Below, in pieces: positions 50,647 to 60,801 of a DNA stretch of 64,000 nt. Source of the DNA: an uncultured Nitrososphaerota archaeon (GTDB lineage: Archaea; Korarchaeota; Korarchaeia; Korarchaeales; Korarchaeaceae); the NCBI GenBank assembly GCA_964618805.1, contig CAZUBM010000012.1, forward strand, positions 1 to 64,000. The letters run 5' to 3'. The translations under genes were made by a program, and so were the position numbers. Each line of letters begins with the position of its first letter. Positions within the stretch are counted from its first letter, which is position 1. The notes under the pieces are model-generated. The model saw only the letters and a program-made list of their open reading frames with translations, made no database searches and was not told the DNA's origin.

Positions 50647-50673
50647 GAAATTGCGAGCCCGCTGAAAGGTTAT

Positions 50674-51034
50674 AAAAATAATTGAAATTAAATTATGATA
50701 AAAGTGAGAAGATGAAAAAATTAATCATCGTTGCCATTTTGGTAGTCTTTCTCCAGGTATTCTATTTTCGATTTATTGGAGGAGGGGAACCGAGAAGATA
50801 CCTCCTGAGGAAATAGAGGATGAGAGCCCGCTTTTCAGAACCTACGAGAGGGTAGTAAGACCCCTAAGCCAAAGAGGAGCCTCCGCAGCCATATGGAACG
50901 TGTTTAAAAAAGCGGGTCTTGACAGGAAGAGCGGAAAGATGCACGAGATAAGGATCCACAGCCTAAGAAAGATGAAAACAAGCCTTAACTCCGCGGCTTT
51001 TTCGCTGCAAAGTTATTTAATTTCAATTATTTTT
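50674..51034. repeat. 20-bp perfect inverted repeats enclosing an integrase fragment
   Basis: AAAAATAATTGAAATTAAAT at 50674-50693; reverse complement at 51015-51034. Confidence 0.7.
50774..50971 (+). pseudogene. Tyrosine recombinase fragment (central part)
   Basis: RRGTEKIPPEEIEDESPLFRT..KKAGL..EIRIHSLRK (HxxR box). Confidence 0.82.
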
Positions 51035-51046
51035 CCTGATCCTCCT

Positions 51047-51961
51047 TCAATACATGATTTCATAAATTCTACTCAGATCTATGTACTCTTTCACCTTTTT
51101 TGAAATGTCTTCTATTACTTTTTCCCAAACGTCAAAAGGAACTTTTTGTGAGGGCGTAATAGGATCTAAGGGTGGAAGTTTTGCTAACCCTTGAAAATAG
51201 GGAACAACGCCTACAATAGGTCTTCTAATTTTTTCCTGATAAATTGATTTAACTCTTTTTATTGCAAGTTTTATATATCTTTTCTCTATTCCCATCCATA
51301 AAAGCTCATTCATTGGAAATTTATTTAGCATTACGCCTTTAACCCTTCCCCTTTCTTCTTTCCCTAGGTTAGAAAACATTCCTAGGATTGAATCCAAATT
51401 GTCAGTAACAAGAAGAACCGGAGCGTCAGCAATCTTAGCCGTTTCCATATTGGCTATTTCAAGCAATTCACTGAAAGGCCCAAAACCAAAGAGTTTTGCT
51501 GGTCCTGAGCCTTCGATGCAAATAATCTCAAATTCTTCAGATAAGCTTTCTAAACATTTTCTTGCCGTATCTTTTATTTTTTTATAAATTTTTCCATAAT
51601 TCTCTAATCCAATTATATGTTTTAAAGTCTTTATGATAAAATCCTTTTTTACATCATAGTTTCTTTTAATGCATTCACCTTCTAGAAATATATCGAACTT
51701 GCCATTACCTAAAGGCTTTGGGGTAAAGGGATTCATCCTATAATCTGGCTCTTGACCAGCAGCTATAGCTTGCAGTGCTTGGGCATATCCAAATTCTTTT
51801 CCATTTTTAACATAAGTTACTGGAGTCAAGTTTAATGTTTTGTATGGTGCTACCTTATATCCATCCTCTTTAAAAAGCCTACAAAGCAAGGCAACCACAA
51901 AACTTTTTCCAACACCAGTTCCAAAACCAGTTGCCTGAATCATAATCTTTTTCGCTGCCAC
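51047..51961 (-). CDS. CobQ-like protein (synthetase/ATPase domain only)
   Basis: IMIQATGFGTGVGKS, VAPYK, AQALQA, MNP..KP, IEGSG, ANM; no glutaminase domain. Confidence 0.78.
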   Translation of the reverse strand: MAAKKIMIQATGFGTGVGKSFVVALLCRLFKEDGYKVAPYKTLNLTPVTYVKNGKEFGYAQALQAIAAGQEPDYRMNPFTPKPLGNGKFDIFLEGECIKRNYDVKKDFIIKTLKHIIGLENYGKIYKKIKDTARKCLESLSEEFEIICIEGSGPAKLFGFGPFSELLEIANMETAKIADAPVLLVTDNLDSILGMFSNLGKEERGRVKGVMLNKFPMNELLWMGIEKRYIKLAIKRVKSIYQEKIRRPIVGVVPYFQGLAKLPPLDPITPSQKVPFDVWEKVIEDISKKVKEYIDLSRIYEIMY

Positions 51962-51975
51962 AATTAATCCCTCTT

Positions 51976-52623
51976 TTAACCTCGTTTTCTTCCCATCTTT
52001 ATCGCCCTTATTGCAATGAATGATCCCTCACCATACCCCTCCTTTAGCGGCTCAATCTCCGTAATTTCTGGTAGTTCATGATATAATGTCTGGATAAAAC
52101 TAAAATTCCCAAAACCCGCTTTTTTTAAGTAAAAAGTGACATCGCGTACTGAGTAAAAGTTGGCTATTTTATAGAAAGCGCTGTCATCTTTGTGCTGCTG
52201 ATATTGTCTTCCAAGTTCACTGTTTTTATCGATGAAACCTATGATTAACGAACCCCCAGGTCGTAACACTCTGTATATCTCCTCAAATGCTGCTTCAATA
52301 TCGTCTAAAAAGCAGATGGTAGTGATCATTAACACGAAGTCAAAGGTATTATCACTGAAAGGGAGATTTTCCGCTACAGCATCAATAACCCTTATACCTC
52401 TTCTCTTCGCGATCTCTAGCATTCTCTTTGAAGGATCTACACCCAGTTTAATGCCTAAGGGCGCTGCAAATCTGCCTGTCCCTACACCTATTTCCACTCC
52501 TTGCCCATTCTTGGGCAGTAGTTTCTCTATAGCCCTAAGTTCTGATTCATAGGCGTATTTATTCCTCTCAAACCAATTATCATACCTCATTGGGTATTTT
52601 TCAAACGGGTCGGTTTTTGCCAC
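51976..52623 (-). CDS. Class I SAM-dependent methyltransferase
   Basis: EIGVGTGRFA, AENLPF, RVLRPGG. Confidence 0.9.
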   Translation of the reverse strand: MAKTDPFEKYPMRYDNWFERNKYAYESELRAIEKLLPKNGQGVEIGVGTGRFAAPLGIKLGVDPSKRMLEIAKRRGIRVIDAVAENLPFSDNTFDFVLMITTICFLDDIEAAFEEIYRVLRPGGSLIIGFIDKNSELGRQYQQHKDDSAFYKIANFYSVRDVTFYLKKAGFGNFSFIQTLYHELPEITEIEPLKEGYGEGSFIAIRAIKMGRKRG

Positions 52624-52849
52624 TTTTATTTCACCGAAAACCTCCTGTTATCTTTTGAGTTGAAAGCTTATCCTTCCTTTAAGTCATCCCATTCTTTTGG
52701 TCTCATATCAATATATGAGGTCTACAATTTTTAAATATCCGAAGGCGCAAGGTGGGGCTTCCTAATACATTTTCCCTTAGCAAGGGAAAATTGAGTATAA
52801 CGTTTTACAGTATGCCCATTATCATGAAGTTAAAAAACAAAGCGCCTAA

Positions 52850-53331
52850 AACTACAACATATTTAAGGGAAGACAGGATACTCTTTACCTGCGATCTTTT
52901 TGGCTCCCATCTTGCAACCAGCGATATTTTTGTGACTGATGAATCAACAGTCTATGAGGTAGCCAAGAGATACTATGCAAAGATAATGATGCCTTTCAGA
53001 AGAGTAATTAAGAGTAATTTGGAAAAGATAAAAGATTTGAAGATTGAGATAATAGCACCAAGTCATGGCCCGGTCTATAATAACTCTGATTTCATTCCCA
53101 ATGCCTATAGAGAATGGATTTCGGATGAGGTAAAGAATGAAGTGGTTATACCCTATATATCAATGCATAGAAGTACGAAGAAAAATGGCGGATTACTTCG
53201 CAGGTGCTTTGATTGAGAGGGGCATAACTGTAAAACAGCTCAATTTATCCAAAACCGATATTGGGAAATTGGCGATGGCTTTGGTAGACGCAGCCACGAT
53301 CGTAATCGGCTCACCCACGGTTCTGGTGTAA
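52850..53331 (+). pseudogene. Flavodiiron protein (FprA) fragment, frameshifted
   Basis: [41 protein letters not shown]. Confidence 0.82.
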
Positions 53332-53438
53332 CTGGAATAGAGGCTCTAAGACTAAAAAGGAAAGCCATTATTATAGATTTGAATCCTGTAGCTACATTCA
53401 TCTCAAGAAACATTCTAAACTCCGTATCCATTGTTTAA
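53319..53438 (+). pseudogene. DNA methyltransferase fragment
   Basis: [30 protein letters not shown] (SAM-binding motif I region). Confidence 0.65.
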
Positions 53439-53544
53439 ATAGAAAAACACTTTTAGAAAGCTGAAAGAAAGCATCGCGCAAATGTAAATATATCAAAATC
53501 TGTGTTCTAAGAAATAATACTATACATCAATAGGGGTTACAGAT

Positions 53545-55019
53545 ATGGCTAGGGTGCTATTAACTGCGATAGAACTCTGATGAGCGATTATCACCGTCAT
53601 GAATTTATAGGTTTTGGTACATGTGCGCCTCCAAACGTTATTCCAGACTGGTTTTATAGTTGGCTTTTCTTTCCACCAATTAAAACAAAAGATGGAATTC
53701 CAGTAGCGGCACCCTATGGTCTAAGAAAGATAGAGGCTCAGCTCATAAAAGAGGGATTTGATATTCTAACAGTTGACCCAGATCACTTAGACAAATACAT
53801 TGATGACGCCAAGGTTTTAGGAATTCACGTTATGGATCCGTTCGGACTAGGCCCCGCCTCAAGCACTTTTACTGCCGTGCTTAAAAATGAACCTTTTCTA
53901 GCTAAACATTTCCGTCTGTTAATGGAAAATCCAGCTATTAGGAGAGCTAAAAGGCGGGGTTTTAAAATAATTGTTGGTGGACCGGGCGTCTGGCAGTTCC
54001 AATATAGACTAGATTTCGTGGAAAAATATGGAATAGATTGCATAGTTGACGGGGAGGCAGAAAAGGTTATTGGAAAACTTGTTCAAGCAGCTCTGGAAGG
54101 TGAGGAACTGCCTAAATATTATGAGGTAGGCCCGAAGGAAACTCCAGGCTTAGACGAGATACCCGACATTACGGCTCCGTCCATAAATGGTCTGATTGAG
54201 ATTGGCCGAGGATGCCCGCGGGGATGCAAATATTGCAGCGTAACTTTGAGGCCGTTACGCTGGTATCCGTACGAGAAAATAATGCGGGAGATAAGCGTAA
54301 ACATGGAAAGCGGTTATACTACTGGTGCATGTCTCCATGCGGAGGATGTTATGCTTTATGGCTCACCAAATACCATACCAAAAGATGAGAAACTGCTTAA
54401 GCTGCATGAATTGGTCGTTAAAAAATGTGAACGAATAGGATGGAGCCACTGTTCCCTAGCACCTGTAGCTGCAAAACCAAAGCTTTTCGCAGCCGTTGCA
54501 GAGATAATTAAGCAGAAGCAGCCATGGTGGGGTGCTGAAATCGGTATAGAGACAGGTTCGCCTGAACTCGCCAAAAAGATTATGCCTGCGAAGGCTCATC
54601 CATTCAAGCCTGAAGAATGGCCAGAAGTTGTGCGTATAGGGATGGGATTAATGCATGATCACGGCTTGGTTCCAGCATGCACGTTAATTGTAGGGGTTCC
54701 CGGGGAAACGGAGGATGATCTCATAAAAACAATGGAACTTGTTGATGATCTAAAGGAGATAAAAAGCCTCATAGTTCCACTTTACTTCGTGCCTATGGGG
54801 AGAATGAAAAATGAGGATTGGTTTAAATGCGAAGAGATAGCTGGGCTTTATCGAGAACTATTAACGAAATGTCTAAAGCATGATATACATTGGGTTTACT
54901 CGCTTATAGACGACTCTTTTGTAGGCAGATGGTACAAACCTTTCATAACTTCGCTCTACAAACTATTCGTCAAAATAATTGAATACAAATGTAAAAGAGC
55001 TGGTATTCCCACTAGGTGA
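53545..55019 (+). CDS. B12-binding-like/radical SAM protein (1-nt frameshift near 53567; in-frame ATG 53580)
   Basis: MARVLLTA-DRTLMSDY split by frameshift; APYGLRKIEA; GCPRGCKYC; GIETGS. Confidence 0.85.
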
Positions 55020-55131
55020 ATGCTATGCAAATTGACGAGATCGAAAATACCTTATTCTCAATAATCGTAAATCCCATTTTAAGAAGAGCTATAGGATTTC
55101 TAGAATTAATGCTAGATCCTTGGAGTTCTAC

Positions 55132-55325
55132 ATGAGCAGGGAGGACAGGATCTTAGAGAAGTTAAGGGAATTGAGGAGGGAAATAATCCGCTTGCTGGCC
55201 AAAGGGCCCGTACTTGCGAAGTCAGATAAGGAGGAAGCTTCCGTTGAAATCCCTTCTCAGGTTCCAGATTTTGTTAGAGAGAACCTTGGGCTGAGATAAT
55301 TTTGAAGAAAGGTGAGAAAAGATGA
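55132..55325 (+). pseudogene. Small element-associated ORF, frameshifted near the C-terminus
   Basis: MSREDRILEKLRELRRE..VPDFVREN|PWAEIILKKGEKR. Confidence 0.55.
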
Positions 55326-55582
55326 GAGGGGACGGTAGATTGGTTCTAGTTCGCTACTATGATCATCTTCTCTTCAGGAACGTAAGAAAGGGCGAACTAT
55401 CTCCAGTAGTCAGGGAAACTGTTGGTTGGCTGGAGGAAGAGAACGACCTTTACATAAAGCTTATCTGGGATAGGAGCGTAATCGAGCTTCCAAATGAGAG
55501 GAAGCAGGACAGGATCTCAGGAATGATAATCCTGAAGCCCCTCATCCTTGAGGTGATAGAGGTCAAACTGGTATCATCTTAG
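55322..55582 (+). CDS. Hypothetical protein adjacent to integrase remnant
   Basis: RYYDHLLFRN..VRETVGWL; ATGA overlap with upstream remnant. Confidence 0.65.
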   Translation: MRGDGRLVLVRYYDHLLFRNVRKGELSPVVRETVGWLEEENDLYIKLIWDRSVIELPNERKQDRISGMIILKPLILEVIEVKLVSS

Positions 55583-55584
55583 CC

Positions 55585-55900
55585 TTCTTCAGGACTCAGA
55601 TGGCTGCTTTAGGAGTTCCTTCAGATTGTATCGAATATATTATGAGTTACAAGCTTAGCACATGCCATGATGTTCGGATGAAAGGAATCGAGTTCCTTCC
55701 CTCCATCTATGCAGCGGCAAACCTAAAGATATTCCAGAAGCAAAAGATAACTCTTGCAGACATCCTTAAGGAGATAATAAGGTCAAGAGGGAAGATCCTT
55801 CAAAATACCTTAAAGAGCAGATTATGGCTGGAAGGATCGTCCTTTCCAAGAAGGAGAGACGGAGATCTATGCTAGGGGAATATAGGAAATGCTACGAAGG
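55585..55900 (+). pseudogene. Tyrosine integrase C-terminal remnant
   Basis: FFRTQMAALGV..IEYIMSYKLSTCHD..GIEFL..IYAAA; expected GH and catalytic Y are degenerate. Confidence 0.75.
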
Positions 55901-56031
55901 GAATACACGACTAATTTGAGGAAAATTCTTGAAGTAACAACATCCTTTTAAGTAACATCAGTAAGCATTCTTACTGGAAGGTCTGGGCGATAAGCCCAAG
56001 GAGCTTTTTCTAATAGCATCAGGGTGATTGA

Positions 56032-56718
56032 ATGTCACACATTCTAGGAAGCTTGCTTCCATTAAAAGAAGACTTTAGTCAGAAGAGACCAGAGCTGCTA
56101 AAGGGAACCACTACGATAGGGATAAAATGCTCCGATGGAATAGTGATAGCTTCAGATAGAAGGGCTTCTATGGCAACTTATATAGCAAGCAAAAGGGTTC
56201 ACAAGACGATTAAGATATCAGATAAGATCGTAGCAACAATATCTGGATCTGTAGCTGACGGACAATTCCTTACTAATAATCTAAAAGCAGTAGCTAAGTT
56301 ATATGAGCTTGAATTTGGAAGGGGGATGTCTGTAAGGGCAATAGCAAGGAGATTAGCCCTTATCTTGTGGTCTTACAGGCCAATGGTACTGATAGCTCAC
56401 ATAATGGTTGGAGGAATCGATGAAAGCGGGGCTCACCTCTTTAATGTGGATCCTCTAGGTAGTCTCTCTGAGGAGGACTTCATAGCTACCGGATCTGGCT
56501 GTCCTGTGGCGATATCGGTAATAGAGGAACAATACGATCCAAAGATGACAGTTGAAGAGGGAAAGAAGTTAGTGGTTAGTGCAATGCTCTCAGCCTTGGA
56601 GAGGGATATGGCAACAGGTAACGGGATAGATGTGACTGTTGTCGACAAAAAAGGCGTTCATTTCCTAAAGGAGGACGAAGTTCAGTCTCTGATCGAAAAG
56701 GTGAAAATTGTAAGATGA
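56032..56718 (+). CDS. psmB: Proteasome beta subunit
   Basis: Propeptide then KG|TTTIG, DRRAS, SGSVADGQ, ATGSG, RDMATG. Confidence 0.96.
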   Translation: MSHILGSLLPLKEDFSQKRPELLKGTTTIGIKCSDGIVIASDRRASMATYIASKRVHKTIKISDKIVATISGSVADGQFLTNNLKAVAKLYELEFGRGMSVRAIARRLALILWSYRPMVLIAHIMVGGIDESGAHLFNVDPLGSLSEEDFIATGSGCPVAISVIEEQYDPKMTVEEGKKLVVSAMLSALERDMATGNGIDVTVVDKKGVHFLKEDEVQSLIEKVKIVR

Positions 56719-58631
56719 TCAAGGAAGTAATAAAGAAGAACTCTCAAGATATAGAGAAAAAGGTCAAGTCCCTCCTCTCCGAGATAGGAGAAGTATCTAA
56801 GGTCGTGCTTGAGGGCCCATATGTCGTGGTTTACACGAAAGACCCGGGAGTTTTCATCAGAAGGAACGATGTAGTGGTCGAACTCGCTAAAACCATAAGG
56901 AAAAAGATAATAATACACGCTAAGAAGCCGCTACTTGATGAAGAGGAAGCTAGAAAGAAGATATTGGAGATAATTCCTTCAAATGCCGAGATCTCAGAAA
57001 TGATATTCAAAAAGGAGACCGGAGAGGTATATATAATAGCTAAGAGAACAGGATATGTTGTTGGAAAGAAAGGAGCTAACATAAACAGAATATTGGAGTT
57101 AACAGGTTGGAGGCCAGTTATCATAAGGGCTCCTTCCATAAGATCTACTTTCTTTGAAACCCTCCAGAGCATCCTGATAGATCAAGCATATACGAGGAGC
57201 AAGAAGTTTCGCCGTGCTGCTGCAAGGATCTACCGTCCATCTCTTCAAATCGGTGAGGAGATCACCGCAACTTTCCTAGGAGGAGCAAAGGAAGTAGGTC
57301 GAAGCAGCATATTGATAAGGACTGGTAAAAGTTCCGTTCTACTTGATGCAGGCATAGCTGTCGGTGGAGGAGAATTTTTCCCAAGGTTTGATTCCCCAGA
57401 CTTTAAGTTGGCAGAAATAGACGCTATCATAATAACTCACGCTCATCTAGACCACTCTGGCTCGGTTCCATTGCTGTTAAAACATGGATATGACGGCCTG
57501 ATCTACGCTACACCTCCTACAAGAGATTTAACTGCCCTGTTATTGCATGACTACATTAATGTTGCGATGAGAAATGGCGTGATTCCATTCTTCAGCAAGG
57601 CTGATGTCACAAACTTCATCACTCAAGTATTTACGTTGGAGTATGGGGAAACAGTTGATATCTCACCTGACGTAAAGCTGACCTTGTACAACGCCGGCCA
57701 CATCCTTGGATCTGCTATGGTTTATCTAAACATAGATGAAAACAAGCATACCATACTTTACACCGGGGACTTCAGGTACAGGGAAAGCAGGTTGCTAGAT
57801 GCTGCAGAGGACTCGATTCCAAGGGTTGATACCATAATAATGGAGTCAACATACGGCGGGGAGCAGGACGTATTTCCTCCCCTAGAAGAGGCTGAGGAAA
57901 GGCTGATTTCGATAATCGCTAAGACTCTGAGGGAAGGAGGCAAGGTATTGATCCCAGCCCTCTCGGTTGGAAGATCTACTGAGGTAATGCTTGCTTTAAT
58001 AGATGCATTAGAGAAGAAAAAGCTCCCAGACGTCCCAATTTTCATAGATGGGATGATATCTGACTCAAATGCAATACACACAGCTTATCCAGTTTACCTT
58101 TCGAAGGAAATTAGGGATAAGATATTTGAAGAAGACGTAAATCCGTTTCTGGAGCCTCACATAACCCCAGTCAAGGGGCCGTCTGACAGGGATGAGATAG
58201 TCTCAGGAGGACCCTCAATAATAATAGCTCCTTCAGGGATGCTAGTTGGTGGACCTAGCCTCGAATACTTCTCAGCACTTGCCCCAGATGAGAAGAACTC
58301 AATACTCCTGGTTAGTTATCAGGCTAGGGGGACGCTAGGCAGGAAGCTAATAGAGGGAGCCAAGGAAGTTCCGGTGCCCTCGTCCTCAGGTCAAAAGGTG
58401 GTGGAAGTTAGGGCATCTGTTCATCTGATAGAGGGATTTTCAGCCCATGCTGATAAGGTACAACTGCTTAGCTACTTAGCTAGGCTTGATCCTAAGCCAA
58501 AAAGGGTGATATTGGTTCACAGCGAAGAGAAGAAGTTGTATACCTTCTCATCCCTGGTTCGTAATACCTTAAGGTCTGCTCACACTCGAGTAATCGTCCC
58601 CGATATTTTGGAAAGGTTTAGACTGGCCTAA
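56715..58631 (+). CDS. fttA: Beta-CASP ribonuclease aCPSF1/FttA
   Basis: KH domains, GGAKEVGRS, THAHLDH, AGHILGS, MESTYG, GFSAHAD; follows psmB. Confidence 0.93.
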   Translation: MIKEVIKKNSQDIEKKVKSLLSEIGEVSKVVLEGPYVVVYTKDPGVFIRRNDVVVELAKTIRKKIIIHAKKPLLDEEEARKKILEIIPSNAEISEMIFKKETGEVYIIAKRTGYVVGKKGANINRILELTGWRPVIIRAPSIRSTFFETLQSILIDQAYTRSKKFRRAAARIYRPSLQIGEEITATFLGGAKEVGRSSILIRTGKSSVLLDAGIAVGGGEFFPRFDSPDFKLAEIDAIIITHAHLDHSGSVPLLLKHGYDGLIYATPPTRDLTALLLHDYINVAMRNGVIPFFSKADVTNFITQVFTLEYGETVDISPDVKLTLYNAGHILGSAMVYLNIDENKHTILYTGDFRYRESRLLDAAEDSIPRVDTIIMESTYGGEQDVFPPLEEAEERLISIIAKTLREGGKVLIPALSVGRSTEVMLALIDALEKKKLPDVPIFIDGMISDSNAIHTAYPVYLSKEIRDKIFEEDVNPFLEPHITPVKGPSDRDEIVSGGPSIIIAPSGMLVGGPSLEYFSALAPDEKNSILLVSYQARGTLGRKLIEGAKEVPVPSSSGQKVVEVRASVHLIEGFSAHADKVQLLSYLARLDPKPKRVILVHSEEKKLYTFSSLVRNTLRSAHTRVIVPDILERFRLA

Positions 58632-58638
58632 TTGAGAG

Positions 58639-59007
58639 TTAGACTCCCCTCTTACTTCTCGGGGATCTCCAGACCTCAACAAATCTAGGCACAACTAGAA
58701 GAGGAGGATACTCGCTCGTCTCAATTAGGACAGTTTCTCCGCCCTCCTCCATCACGCTTTCCTTCAACCTTTGAATTATCTCCGTAAGCTTGTTCGCGTC
58801 CCTTGAAGCATAGTTGTTGTATCTAACGATCACAATGTTACCCTCTCTAACCTCCTTTAGTATTGTTTCCAGATCCCCCTCATCCGAAAGCATCATAGGC
58901 TTTATCGCGATTGGTTTCTCTGGCATCTCCTCTCCAATCTCAGATGGAGGGAGAAACTCCTCTTCCTGCTCTTTACGCTTTCTGAAAATGCCGCTTAGAA
59001 ATCCCAA
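58639..59007 (-). CDS. sepF: SepF-like (DUF552) protein
   Basis: EVREGNIVIV..LKE..GG..LLVVP. Confidence 0.72.
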   Translation of the reverse strand: MGFLSGIFRKRKEQEEEFLPPSEIGEEMPEKPIAIKPMMLSDEGDLETILKEVREGNIVIVRYNNYASRDANKLTEIIQRLKESVMEEGGETVLIETSEYPPLLVVPRFVEVWRSPRSKRGV

Positions 59008-59137
59008 CTGAGGTCCCTCCTAAAAACGTATCACATAACATGTCCTCAGCAAGATATTTAAAACATCGCTGTCAAAAGCTTAACCTTAAAAAACCTAATC
59101 TCTCTATGGTAATACATAAAGTGCGAGGCGGTGACCT

Positions 59138-59389
59138 TTGAGCAACGCAACACTTGAGTACTTGAGTAAAAGTATGAACAGCAATGTCCTGGTTTCTGTA
59201 AAAGCAAACTACTGGCTAAGGGGAATTTTGAGATCATTTGACCAACATCTTAACCTCATTATGGATAACGTCGAAGCAATATTCACTTCGGAGGAGGGAT
59301 CGGAAAACCAGATATTAAAAATAGGCAAAAGGGTCCTGATAAGAGGGGACAACATAGTTGCAATATCCTCCCCAAGCTTGCTAAGGTGA
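59138..59389 (+). CDS. Sm-like protein SmAP1 (Lsm)
   Basis: GILRSFDQHLNL, LIRGDNIV; upstream of rpl37e. Confidence 0.92.
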   Translation: MSNATLEYLSKSMNSNVLVSVKANYWLRGILRSFDQHLNLIMDNVEAIFTSEEGSENQILKIGKRVLIRGDNIVAISSPSLLR

Positions 59390-59395
59390 AGTTAG

Positions 59396-59590
59396 ATGAC
59401 GAAAGGAACTCCATCGATGGGTAAGAGGAGCAGGGGCAAGACTCACATAAGGTGCAGGCGATGTGGGAGGCACTCGTATAACATTAAGAAGAAGTATTGT
59501 GCAGCGTGCGGTTTTGGCAGGAGCAAGAGGTTGAGAAAGTACGCTTGGGAGAAGAAGAGGGTTATAGCAGGCGTTAAAAGAGCGGTATAA
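59396..59590 (+). CDS. rpl37e: 50S ribosomal protein L37e
   Basis: [25 protein letters not shown]. Confidence 0.96.
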   Translation: MTKGTPSMGKRSRGKTHIRCRRCGRHSYNIKKKYCAACGFGRSKRLRKYAWEKKRVIAGVKRAV

Positions 59591-59633
59591 GGAAGGTCAT
59601 TTTTATAAGTTGCTTATGGTATAGTAGAAAACT

Positions 59634-59746
59634 GGGCCGGTGGCGAAGCCTGGTATCGCGCCCGCTTGGCACGGTTTCGGACTCTCTCCATAGCCCGTTT
59701 TGCCCCAAACTGCGGGAGGTCGCGGGTTCGAATCCCGCCCGGTCCA
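59634..59746 (+). tRNA. tRNA-Ala(GGC) with 39-nt canonical intron (59672-59710)
   Basis: G3:U70 acceptor pair; BHB TTGG/CCAA with CAC and ACT bulges. Confidence 0.92.
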
Positions 59747-59940
59747 CTATTTATTTTCTAGCTAAAACAAGCCTTCTATCGGTTTTTCACTTATTCGTTT
59801 TCCTATTCTAATAACCATCTTCTTATCATAGTTCATTAGTTGCCCCTCGTAAGCGTATCTTGGAGATTTAATGCTCTTTTCACTCGTCTGAGCTGAAACT
59901 CTCTGGAGTGACCTGTATTCTATCGAAGGACATATCAAAA

Positions 59941-60428
59941 TCATAAGAACTTGCTGTAGATTATTATGTCCATTCCATAGACGTGCTTTCTCAAGAAGCC
60001 CTCTGGCACAAATCCGACCTTTATGTAGAGTCTTATTGCAGGTTTTAGATCTTTTGGGTCCACAAATAGACTTTGTGAGCCCCTTTCTGCCTAGACCTCA
60101 CGATATGCTCTTCAAGGAGGGCAGATCCAATCCCTCTCTTCCTATGCTCTTTTCTAACGCCAATTATTCCGAGATGGCTAACTCCTGCCCCGACATTTAC
60201 CTCCGCAAAGCCTATCACTCGGCCCTTCTCCTCAGCAACTAACGCGATGCTGTCAGGGCTCTCCAAGTACCTTCTCTTCCTCTCCTTTACCTTAGCAGAT
60301 TTATAGACCCTAAGCTCTTCCTCTAGGAAGTCATCCGGTAAAATCCCTCTTAAGCTCTCCCATACAGATCTCTCACAATCCAGCAACTGCTCTAAGTCAT
60401 CTACGCTGGCGCTTCTTACTTTAACCAC
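59941..60428 (-). pseudogene. GNAT acetyltransferase, 1-nt frameshift near 60052
   Basis: RKRGIGSALL; continues in another frame PAIRLYIKVGFVPEG..YSKFL. Confidence 0.8.
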
Positions 60429-60801
60429 AATTTATTGTTCAATATGAACTTATTTGTCTTATGTTTTCCGGATAGAAAAGAAATTAGGCGTCCTAATTTT
60501 CAAAGAAATGCAGATTTTTATCATTTTAATTTTAGGTTTTTAACCCTAAAATATGCTTATGAAAGAGCAACTGAGAAAATGAAGGAGAAAGGAATGGTAG
60601 TTAGCGATGAGATATGGGGTTTCATTTTAACTTAAGGTGAATCTTTCTTCCAGTGCGCTATTAAGACTTAATCTGTTGTAGTCAACGGTTCGAAAGACGC
60701 TAGCTTTTCAATCGTTTATTCGTTCTTTCTGTTTTAATATCATTTTTCCTTCTGTACATCAACGTAAAGATTATATTTCTCTCTTCAGAAATTGTAGATG
60801 T

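Larger units (their letters stand above)
27753..55950. mobile_element. Mosaic genomic island / decayed integrative element(s); ends approximate
   Basis: Interrupts core genes; TA modules, extra Cdc6-like gene, integrase fragments, pseudogenes; homologous remnants at 28218-28352 and 55132-55272. Confidence 0.75.

Noticed and set aside
1537-59011. Many antisense or alternate-frame ORFs in the track
   Set aside because: Shadows of well-supported genes
59747-60801. Possible integrated element at tRNA-Ala or tRNA-Phe
   Set aside because: No duplicated tRNA 3' end seen within the window
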